Translations under genes and position numbers: made by a program
Assembly (NCBI GenBank): GCA_965649765.1
Contig: OZ287748.1
Span: 64,232,001-64,296,000 of the forward strand
Reading direction: 5' to 3'
Source of the DNA: Bispira polyomma
Lineage: Eukaryota
Length of the DNA: 64,000 nt
Part shown: positions 53,440 to 64,000 of the stretch, in pieces
Numbering within the stretch: the first letter of the stretch is position 1
Layout: the number at the start of each line of letters is the position of its first letter
The notes under the pieces: generated by a model
The model's input: the letters and a program-made list of their open reading frames with translations, nothing else
Databases searched by the model: none
What the model was told of the DNA's origin: nothing

Positions 53440-56400
53440 CTTCCCGTTTTAATGGACTTAAGCTGTCAAAGCAACCAGGCCGCAATGGGAATTGCTGATT
53501 ATGCACACAAGATGAAACTTTATCCCGATTTTGTAATAGACTGGCTTCTTATATATGCCACTGAGTGTTTGACGAGAATTTGTCCCCCTGCCTAAAACAT
53601 GTATCCTCATTACACCTGATGGGATGCTAAATTTCTAGTTGACATCAGGAGCTCGTCCATCGCAATCTTTTTTGCCCCTCGTTTCTTGAAGATCCTTTTT
53701 TGGCAAAAAAAAAAGATACACAAACAATATACAATATTTATCTTTTGCGTGCTATGTATTTTAAAACACCCTTAGTATAAATAGAAACTAATAGCTGCCC
53801 CCTCGTTCTATACACTGCATATGTCACATTGATTTGGGAGATGCAAGAAACTGTGACGTCATCTGGGCTGGTGGGGGATGAATTTACTTTGATCCAATCC
53901 CAGGACTTTGGAGATATATCCAGCACAAATCCATCAAACTTGTGATTTCTGAAAAAAAAATTCCTTTGGCCTTTAAAATTTTTCCTCTTTTTCTCTCTCT
54001 CTATCAGTATCCTTGTTATATTTTGGTTGTCAGTAATTCAGTGACTGTGATGCCCATGACTTTGACTTGTATTCATCCAATTTCTTCTCTTAATCTCCCT
54101 GGGAGATGAGGAAGGAAGACATAATTGGCGGGGAGAAAAAAAATGTCTTGCTTTTTGATAGGAGACCAAATGTCTTCTAATATCTCCAACCTAGATTCAG
54201 TACATCAATATGGATCTTTTGAAAAATTTGTTGCCTGAAATATCACAAATACAACAAAAAAATTTAAATCTTGATTCTTACATCAAATGACCCACTGCAC
54301 TATATTGTAATTAAAGAAGTCTTATTAAATGCATTGTTTTTAGAAGGATGCAACTGTGTTACATACCTAATTTATTTACCAATAGCATATTTACATAATT
54401 CCAGACCATTGCCCTCAGTGACATTAATTAGCACAATATATTTTTAAAGAAAAAAAGTTCCTCTGATAGATTGATCTATTTTCCCAATTTTAATTAATAC
54501 TTAGAATTTTACGCTCTATTGTAATTGTACATCTACAAATGAAAATGTCTTCTGAAAAATTACTCCGACTAAATTACACATACACTTTTTTCCAAGCACC
54601 CTTTTCCCCCCTCTCTTAAAAGCAAATCCAATCAAGTAGAGTTTGAACTCCACTAAATTTATAAAACAAACCAGAAGCTTGCTTTGAAAAAAAAAAAAAA
54701 AAAAATAAGAGCTAAAAATATATCTATTTAGCAAACTGATGGCACTGAATCCCATAGAAATCACATAGAATGTTTGGGTTGCTATATCACACTTCTTTTA
54801 GGGATGTGTAGAGTATGAGTAGGGAATTCAGGGCAAACATTGAGCAAGGCTCTCAGCTTGTGTGTACAGCATTACCTGAAGTAACAGCTGCCAAACAACC
54901 AACCATTGTCAGGCTCCACTCTTGTCCTTGGTAATAATATAACTACACACATCTCTCCCTCTACCTATTATAAGTGAAAGCCATTCTAATTCTGATCAAA
55001 TTCCACAAGGCTTTTGATTTTTTTTTCTTTTTTAATTAACCAAAGGTATTGTTTGGTTCTCTCATGTTTCACTAGTGAAATTAATTTCCAATTGTTGTTC
55101 CTTGATGTTAATCTATAACTGGCCTGGTAGATTGTCTTCTCATGGGTACATCCATAATGTAGACTTTCTTCTTAACACGTGTCTATGGCTTCTCATTTAA
55201 AGAATCCCCTTCAACTTAATAAAGGTATTCCAGTCAATAGTAAAATACAGTACAACTCAGGCCTAATATGCAGACAGTACCATACCAGTTGTTAGGGTCA
55301 AACAGTGTAAACATGAAGTAAACTGAATATCCACACACAAAAAAATAAGTCTATTTTTTAAACAATATTTGTTTTAAATGTACATTTATTTAAACAGCGT
55401 TGTTTCAATAAAATAAAAAAGAGGCCAAAATCTCATATAGTTTAATATATCCAGAATAGCTTGCTTGTCCAAGAAAAGAAAATGACGAAAGACCAGAAAA
55501 ATACTCGCATGTATATGTAGTACTTGCCTGTTTTACTTGTCAAACCCATTGACCCACAATGCACTTTTTAATCATCATTTTCTCAGCCTTAATTAGGAAA
55601 CACATAATTATCTCTACAATTTTCTTAAACCAATTTTTTACCTGTATATCTAGTTGTGTTCTCTTGTCTTTAACACAAATGCACTCTTTAAGAAACACAC
55701 ACAAACACACTGAGTAAAAGAAAATAAAAAAAATACTTGAATATTTTATTTTTTTCTGTAAAAAGACAGAAATCCTGGGTAGATTGTGAACAGATTTCCC
55801 TGTAAGCAAATTATCTCTCTCACCCTATAAATTCTTTACTGTTATTCCTCCTTCATTTTGTTGTGTTTAAAAAAAAATCCCCACACACACAAACACAGAA
55901 GAATCCCCCACCAACATCACCTCCTGCTTTAGTCCATCACAAGAAATTTGCTCCGGTTAATTCCATGGCCCCTTTTTTATACCAGGAGGTGACATGACAA
56001 CTCTCTCAGTTTCTCCCTGTGTGATGTTTTTGCTGTACTTTCTCCCCCCCTCTGCTTCCCACCCCTACTGCTTAAAAACTTATTATTAAAGAGCCCTGTG
56101 CCATCTCTCTATTAAAAGAGACGTGAAGCAGGCATATTGCAAGTGTGTATGTGAATTGTGTGCATGCCTGTGTGGATCTACAAAGCCTCAGGATCCCCTT
56201 CATGAAAAAAGAAAACCCCCTCGGCGAATGAGTAAAAACGTTTATGATTGGCTCCTTCAGAACAAGGCTAGACTGGAGAAATTCCGCGGGAAAAAAGGCG
56301 TCGTTTTAATCAAGGCAGATCAACAAACAACAGAGTCAACACCATTGGAAACAGAATTCCTGCTCCAGTCATGGTGTAACAGCTATGATAGACCAGTGTA

Positions 56401-58844
56401 TATTAGGTTACCCCTGTTAAAAACAAATGTTGTTTCCAATATTCTCATTATTTTAGTGTTATTTAGTGATGTTTAAAAAGCTGTTTAGTAAAACAAATTG
56501 TATTAATGCAATCATTTTAGTGTTGTTTTCAAGGCTCTAAATTACTGTTGCATAGAAATAGTATTCTAAAAGATTTACCTGCTGGAAAATTGGCCTCACA
56601 AAGGATTTTAATTATTATGTTCAGCATAAAGCACTAAAAACATTGTACTCTGACTACCATAGAATCTTTGACACATGTAGGAGTCCTTTATGTTAATTGT
56701 AAGAGCTATACATTTTGTGAGAGGTAAGAACAAATTCCATCTCAAGCAAAGTTCACTCCTAACAGTTTCATAAGTCTACACTATTGCAGCTAATTGCTTG
56801 TGGAATGGCTTATTATACCAGTCATTCACTGTATGTGCTTCTTCCTGGAATTTTATGTGGATGTCTTCCCAGTGGTGCTATATGTGGGCTGGTCCAGAGA
56901 TCAGGGTCTAGTTGCATTCACAAAGATTCTTACTCTTATGTTGGTGTATCAAAACATATATGATTAGGTGGTCAAACTGTTTGAAGCAATCTGAATGGTT
57001 GAAACTAAGAATATACTAGGAATGGCAGAGTAACAATGTTCAATTGGATATGGCCCTTAAAGGTCCCAAATTCGACTCTCAGCTGGGGAGTTGTTTTGTT
57101 TATGGTGATCCAAAAGTCTCAAATTAGATTTTCCTGGTAACACCATAACGAATGGTCATTTGGAGGATAAACTGCCTGGGCGAGATAACAACACACCCTT
57201 GCCTTCTGATTCTGACCAATTGGCTGTGGATAAGCATCATAATTAATGGTGTGTTGGTTCTGGTGTTACACTTTAGAAGATATCCACTAGCATCAATATA
57301 AGACACATTAAAATTTACAATATAATGTATTATTATTTTGCCTAAAACTATTCTCTGTTTTACTGCAAACATAAAAAAATGTTAAAAATTCCAAAACATT
57401 ACTACGTTAAGAAGTAATATATTCTTAATATAGACAATGTACCCTTACATTAAGTTTCTGGTTGACCTTTAATTCCGATACTAGTAGTTTTTAATTGATC
57501 TGATTTCTGACAAGTTATTCATATTGATGTTAAAATACATGTGTCATGCATATTTTAATTACATTGTGAATAAGTTAAATGTCTATGGTCACCAGACAGA
57601 CAATACTATTATTGTAAAATTTTACACATGCTCCTGAACAAAGAAGTCACTCATTTCTCCCTTTTAGTAGACTGACTATCACGCTGGTTCTGTGGTATTT
57701 TGTCTCAGATGGTTTCTAATAGTTTCACTGAGACTCATTACCTTGACTTACATTTCACACAATTCTTATACTCCATCTTTTTTATTCCCTGAGGTTAATT
57801 ATCTAATAGTAAGAAACGAGACCTACTGTTATTTACAGCACTATATCTTATTCTGGAGAGGTAAGTTTTCTCACTGAATATAATAACTTACTAGTACTCA
57901 CAAAACAATAGACACTTTATTTTTGAAATACCTAATAATATATTTAAATATATTTAAGTTTGTAGATGAGTGGGTCGCCATAGGCCAAAGATTGAGTTCA
58001 GTTTAATATGTTGGCTTTTAACTTCAGTTTCTTACATGTCTTGTGTGATATAACGATACGGCAGTTCCCTGGTGAATGAAATCAGAACAGTAAAGTTCAT
58101 CAAGGTTTTCTGCTCTGTCTACCACTGGCCTTCAGCAAGTCTACTAGCATTACACCACTGAGAGGCTCCCTCGTGGACTAGAGAATAGCCCATAAAAGTG
58201 AGTGGTGTATCCAAGTGGACAGGGAGGATCCAGGTATTTCACATTTTCAGCAAGCTCCTCTAACCAGTAGGCCATCATGACCCCCATGTTGCACATCAAA
58301 ACAGGCCTGTCATCAGTAATACACGTTGAATATACAGTGCAGGAAACAACAACAACACAATTAATATAATATATAACTTTAAATTTTCTTGAATGGTAAC
58401 TGGTTAACTGAAGGAATATTGTAATATAAGACAAACCAAATTTATATGCAGGAATTTTACCTAAAAATTAAAAGAAAAATACAAAGAGCAAGAAAAAAAA
58501 AAAATTAAAAAAAAATCTTTACATAACATGAGATGAACAGAATGGTGTAGTTCTCTCACGTCAAACACCACCAGATGGGTGTTTACAATGTGTGAGGTCA
58601 AAACAACACATAACTTATGCATTCTCCTAGGTTGGGAGTTGAGCTCATTTAATGCGGCCGTGATCAATCTTTCCATCTTGCCAATTATGATCTACGGTCG
58701 CAAAAAATGATGGTGTATTGGGGGTGAGGAGGGATGGGAGGGGGGGGGAGGCTATCCTTCCATTGTAGTGATAAGGAGGCAAGGAAATGACTGCTTAGTG
58801 TCAGAAATGCATATTATTGGAGGGAGATCCCAAGGCTCTATAGT

Positions 58845-58995
58845 GACCTCAACCAAAGAAGGTTATGTTTTTGTCTGTTTCGTTTGGTTGTTGTTTTTTT
58901 AAAGAAAAGGATTTGGACAAGATGGCTGATGCAGGAATACTTTCCCTTTTTAGAACTGTGGCGGAGGTATTCAATCTACTGTATGTTCTTCTAGT
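58845..58995 (-). mobile_element. Short copy of the same Helentron-associated/DINE-like family
   Basis: Minus strand reads ACTAGAAGAACA...AGTAGA...ACCTCCGCCA at its 5' end and AAAACATAACCTTCTTTGGTTGAGGT at its 3' end. Confidence 0.5.
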
Positions 58996-60005
58996 TTTTC
59001 CATGTCATATTGAAGCCCTTTGAATTCTGGTTCTGTGAATGCAAACGTATATATAATAAACTGAACTATGATAATATAATGTGCTCTTATATAGATATAG
59101 ATCTGTCTGTAACAGCTGAGGAATAGACTGTTTGACAAGTAAATAACCTGTTATTTATAAAAAAAATAATGTATGATAAATTAAATATGCACATGCATTA
59201 ATTTGTTCCAAATCCAATGAGACTTGTTACCAATCTTGAGCCCCACGCTAGGCTAGAAGCTCTACTGATCGTCAGGATAATGTATACCCACCCACCCCCA
59301 CTCACCCTTTTCCACAAAACCTCCCTTTCCTTTCCACACATTTTGACATTAGCTTTCTAATTGTCTCACGTACACGGGGATGTAATTCCCCACTTCGTGA
59401 CGTCATACTTGTCGGCAGAGGTCAGATGTCAGCTACAAAGCGTGATCAGTTGACTTTATACATAATTTAGTTTAGTATCTTACTCAACATTACCCAACTC
59501 ATAAATGTCGCGAGCACTTCGTTTTAACTGTAGAAAAGTGCACTATATATATATTTGTGATATATAATACCCTAGCCAAACCAAAGTGTTATGGTCACTA
59601 ACTGATTCTACCCAAAACTTTATCATTTTTACAATGCAGATACAGAAATATGTACCAAACTTGTCCTCAAAAAAGCAAATAATTTGTATGCTGTTTTAGG
59701 TCATACAAATTAACAATGAATCTGTAATGTTATAGTTAGTTTTCAGGTTGATCTTTTGGTGAAATATGTTGACCTGTTGACTATTTATACCTTAATCTTT
59801 AACATATTAGCATGGAACCACGTGATTTATACATATAATTAAGTATCGTCATTCTGTCATTGTGGCATATGCTCCTGTGTGCAGTCGTTTGATTGACCCT
59901 GTTGCTTTGTAGTTGGAATCAACTTAGACCGATTATTCTGTCGCCAATGACGGCTTTTTTAACTAATGTATAGCCTTTTCGTAATTCAGCCATCAAAATA
60001 ACAGC

Positions 60006-60218
60006 AATTAAACTCCTGTTTGTGTGATACCTATTGTTTAAAACAGAAGTTTCTTTTAAATTAAACTCCTGTTTGGGTTATACCTATTGTTTAAAACAGA
60101 AGTTTCTTTTAAATTAAACTCCTGTTTGGGTGATACCTATTGTTTAAAACAGAAGTTTCTTTTAAATTAAACTCCTGTTGGGTGATACCTATTGTTAAAA
60201 TCAGGTGCTTCTTTTTAA
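60006..60218. repeat. Minisatellite, 4 x 53 bp
   Basis: AATTAAACTCCTGTT starts at 60006, 60059, 60112 and 60165. Confidence 0.92.
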
Positions 60219-60394
60219 AGAATGTACTGTCTGCTTTCTGGGCCACATTATTGAATGACCTTGTTTAATAAATTGGTACATCATATTCAGTAACTTTTAA
60301 ATATATATTACATTTATTCATCAAAATTATGATATAAAATTATATTAACATAAAATTGCATCGCCTTACCTTTATTTATAATTATAATGGGTGA

Positions 60395-60674
60395 TATAAC
60401 ATGTATACTGTTAGAGCCCTAGAAAGACTATGCCTTTTGCAGTTGAAACTATTTTGTAAGTGTAATGCAATCCATCACAGTGCACATTAATCTGTCTTCA
60501 CTGTTTCCTCTGAAATCTAATATATGTGAGAAAGTAAGGCAGTTATGCCAGTGTATAAAGATCTAACACACAGATATATAATCAGTTGAATGAAATATCT
60601 CAAAGCAGTGAGTTCATTCAAAAGACTTGTACTTCTCAAATGATTTAAAACGAGCTTAGCAAGGACTTATTACA
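60395..60674 (+). repeat. 5' LTR
   Basis: Ungapped match to 63688-63967 (8 mismatches counted by eye); ends ...TTACA directly before the PBS. Confidence 0.92.
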
Positions 60675-60684
60675 TGGTGTCAGA
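60675..60684 (+). other. Primer binding site (tRNA-Leu-like)
   Basis: TGGTGTCAGA abutting the LTR; complementary to a tRNA 3' end ...UCUGACACCA. tRNA identity is from recall. Confidence 0.75.
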
Positions 60685-60796
60685 TGTTTTAACAAACATC
60701 TTCTCTGGATTATAAAAGCTATTTACTGTATATCATTGCAAAAAAAAAAGGAAAGAGATTATTTATTTCTCTCATATTGCTTGGATAGTAAATAAT

Positions 60797-63511
60797 ATGA
60801 ATCCAGATATAGCAGAACCTGCACAACCGCCAGCAGCGCCCGCAGCAGCCATGGCTGTCTCAGCACCCGCTATCAACAGTCATGTACCACTGCCACCACA
60901 CTTTATAACAACTGGAGACTTGGCTTCCCAATGGAAGAAGTACAAACAGCTTTGGGATAGTTTTGAGGTGGTGACAGGCCTCAAAGACAAAGACAGTGCA
61001 TATCGCACAGCAACATTTGTCACCTGCATTGGTCCAGATGCATTAGAGATTTTCAATGGGCTACCATTTGAAAATGAAGGAGATAAATGCAAGATTGAAA
61101 AGATTCTGGATCTCTTCCAAAACTACTGCATTAGGGAAACAAATATCACCTATGAGAGATATATCTTCAACAACAAGGTCCAAGAGAGTGCTGAATCGTT
61201 TGACTCCTTTGTGTCCAGTCTACGATAGCTTTCCATCTCTTGCAACTATGGCAACATGCGTGAGGAAATGATCAAGGACAGGCTAGTCATAGCGATATCA
61301 GATGCACAGCTCAGACGCCAACTGCTTCAAGACTCTAAGCTGACTCTGAAAACAGCAATTGAACAAGGAAGAGCAGCAGAGACCACCACAAGGCAACTGA
61401 AAATGATGACCCCAACCGAAGAAGTGAGTGCAGTAAGAAGAGGCAGAAACTCAGCAAAAGCTAACCCACAGCAACATGCTACAGCACACAGGTTTAAGAG
61501 CTGCAAATATTGTGGTCGCAATCACCAGCGAGACAAAGGCAAATGTCCAGCATATGGCAAAACATGCACTTACTGCTCCAAAAATAACCACTTTGAGTCC
61601 ATCTGCATGTCAAAGAAGCAACAATTCAAGGGAAGCCAGAGCACAAGAAGAGTCAATATGTGTGCCAATGAGTCCTTTGACAGTGACAGTGACTATGAAT
61701 GTGTGGACACAGTAAACCTCGACATAGTGAATTCAGCAGCGATGACAGGCAGCAGGGACAACAAGCTCTTTGCAAACATGCTCATTAGCAAAAGGAGAGT
61801 CTGTTTCCAGATAGATACAGGAGCAACTGTAAATATTGTCAGCGAGTCCCTTGTTCCAGATAAATGCAAGATAGAGCCGACTGCTGCAAAGCTAAAACTG
61901 TACAACAATACTCCGATGGCCACAGTGGGAAAAACTCGCATCCCCATGACAAATGCCATGAAAAAGAGAATGTACAGTGTTGCATGTGTTGTTGTTGAAG
62001 ACAAAACAACAGTCAAACCAATTCTTGGGTACCGTGCAGCTGTGCAAATGAACCTCATCACAGTCAATACTGAAAACATTGAAACAGCCGGCCCAGCAGC
62101 AGACAGAAACACACATGTCTTCAGCCTTGAGGCTGAAAACATTTGTTTGGATAAGTCTCAAGCGCTAACAGATAAAAAATTGGAAAATATCAACTTAGCA
62201 ACAAGAGAAGATCAGACATTGCAGAAATTAAAAGAAGCAATTGTCCAAGGATGGCCAGAAGAGAAGAAGCACACGCCAACAGAAATAACACCATATCAGC
62301 ATGTCAAACACCTACTCACAGTGCAGTATGGAATTATTTTTCTGGGAGACCGCATTGTGATACCTAGCAGGATGAGAAAAGAAATTATCAAGGACATACA
62401 TATGTCCCATGCTGGAATTGAATCGTGCCTGAGAACCGCCAGGGAGTACGTATTTTGGCCACAGATGTCAGCACAAATAAGAGAACATTGCCAAAAATGT
62501 GAAACATGCCATGCAACAGATAGCAGCTGTCAGCCAAAAGAACCACTCAACAGTCATGAAGTATCTGGAAGGCCATGGCAAAATATCTCAACTGACATCT
62601 TCACATTGGATGGAGCTAACTACCTACTAACCTTGGATCATTACTCAAACTTTTTGGAAGTGGACAAGATTACCAACATGACAACAAAAACAGTAATTCA
62701 CAAGCTGAAACACCACTTCGCTAGATACGGAATTTGTGAAACTGTAACATCCGACAATGCACCAATCTTTCACAGTGAAGAATTCAAGTGATTTGAGAGT
62801 CTGTACAAGTTCCATCACAAGTACACCTCACCATATCATCAGTCAGCTAACCCAGCTGAAAGAGCCATCAAGACTTGCAAGAATCTGATGAGAAAAGCTA
62901 AACGAGACTATCAAGATGTGTACCTCCCTTTCCTTCTACTCAGAAACACCCCTATACAAGCTTTCAACATCAGCCCGGCACAGAAATTCATTGGCAGGAG
63001 AAGAAAGACCACACTACCAACAAGGGAAGAATTATTAGAGCCAAAAACAGTAGACCCTACAGTGCAGAAAGAACGTACTGAAACACAACGTGCAAAACAA
63101 CAATTCTATTACAACCGCACTACAAAGAACTTGCAGCCACTTAAAACTGGAGAAACAGTTCGGGTACAACCAATGGTTAACAAAAAGGCAGACTGGGAAA
63201 AGGAAACAGTCATCAGAAAGAGTGGAATAAGATCGTATGAAATCTGTACAGAAGATGACAGAGTGTTAAGGAGAAACAGAAGACACCTCAAAAGCTCACA
63301 TGAGGATCCACCTGGAAAGAACGCCTTATTTGCCGAACCATCAAGCAATTAGGACATAAATACACAGCCTTCAATGGAAGATCAAGGAGATTTTGGCACA
63401 CCACCTACAGCAAGCACTCGAGCAAAAGAACCAAGATCATCTGAAATGACCGTTCCACGTAGAAGTGGCAGGGAACGCCGCCAATTTACTCCATATGAAC
63501 ACATACCTTAG
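60797..63511 (+). pseudogene. gag-protease-integrase polyprotein pseudogene (one frame, 905 codons, 3 internal stops, no RT/RNase H)
   Basis: ORF-track pieces starting 60797, 61256 and 62888 share one frame. Internal stops at 61226, 62789 and 63350. Motifs: Zn knuckles CKYCGRNH...C and CTYCSKNNH...C; protease IDTGA; integrase H...H...CETC, STDIF, SDNAP, AERA; C-terminal RRSGRER. Confidence 0.9.
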
Positions 63512-63687
63512 GCGATATTTTCAAAATTATACAATAAGCACAAATGACCCAGAATAATGGTCACTTATTGAATGGTTGTTGGGCAGTCTACCTTAGCAAC
63601 CGGTTTCTGTAAATGTTAATAATTATAATGCATGATAAGGTATAAAAGTGACAGTATCTCTTAAAGACTAAATTAAAAAAAAGAGCA

Positions 63688-63967
63688 TAAAACATGTATA
63701 CTGTTAGAGCCCTAGAAAGACTATGCCTTTTGCAGTTGAAACTATTTTGTAAGTGTAATGCAATCCATCACAGTGCACATTAATCTGTCTTCACTGTTTC
63801 CTCTGAAATCTAATATATGTGAGAAAGTAAGGCAGTTATGCCAGTGTATAAAGACCTAACACACAGATATATAATCAGTTGAATAAAGTATCTCAAAGCA
63901 GTGAGTTCATTCCAAAGACTTGTACTTCTCAAATGATTTAAAACAAGCTTAGCAAGGACTTGTTAGA
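63688..63967 (+). repeat. 3' LTR
   Basis: Direct repeat of the 5' LTR; contains a TATA-like GTATAAAG and an intact AATAAA. Confidence 0.92.
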
Positions 63968-64000
63968 GGTGTATGTGTCTTTAGAAATTCGAAATGACTT

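Larger units (their letters stand above)
60395..63967 (+). mobile_element. Ty3/Gypsy (Mag/K02A2.6-like) LTR retrotransposon lacking RT-RNase H; non-autonomous and degenerate
   Basis: Two 280-bp LTRs; PBS TGGTGTCAGA at 60675; purine tract AAAAAAAAGAG before the 3' LTR; near-TSD GGTGA (60390-60394) vs GGTGT (63968-63972); internal gag, protease and integrase motifs. Confidence 0.93.

Noticed and set aside
542-58676. The many 60-140 aa ORFs in the track outside the exons listed
   Set aside because: AT-rich intronic frames with no recognisable domains, or antisense/alternate-frame shadows of real exons (e.g. 15025-15947, 21070-21348, 29148-29438, 52897-53100).
60006-60218. CRISPR-like regular repeat
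   Set aside because: Units are contiguous with no unique spacers, no cas genes are present and the context is eukaryotic; it is a minisatellite.
61226-61228. Programmed gag-pol stop read-through
   Set aside because: The stop lies inside gag, upstream of the zinc knuckles, and two more stops occur later; simple decay is more likely.

Overview
AT-rich, CpG-poor, intron-rich animal genomic DNA; an invertebrate, probably lophotrochozoan-like (inference only). Most of the window (2209-53439, minus strand) is one complete protocadherin gene. I rebuilt it by hand as 9 coding exons with GT-AG introns and consistent phases (3528 nt, 1175 aa from the first ATG); exons 2 and 4 are absent from the ORF track. 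The protein has a signal peptide, seven cadherin (EC) repeats spread over 7 exons, one TM helix, and a tail with YNCR, CM1-like DSGRGPSEE, WIRS-like LATFGT, three ETT[YF] repeats and a C-terminal PDZ-type motif (DTTL). At two unrelated exons (6 and 8) the exon 3' end plus its splice donor is tandemly copied into the downstream intron, giving arrays of alternative donors, one of them in frame. The right end holds a 3.57-kb Ty3/Gypsy element with both LTRs, PBS and PPT, whose single gag-protease-integrase frame lacks RT and RNase H. The introns carry tRNA-derived SINEs with TSDs, a hAT-type MITE, Helentron-like, Tc1 and L2-like remnants, and short tandem duplications. There is a 221-N assembly gap at 1679-1899. 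All calls come from reading the sequence; no searches were run.
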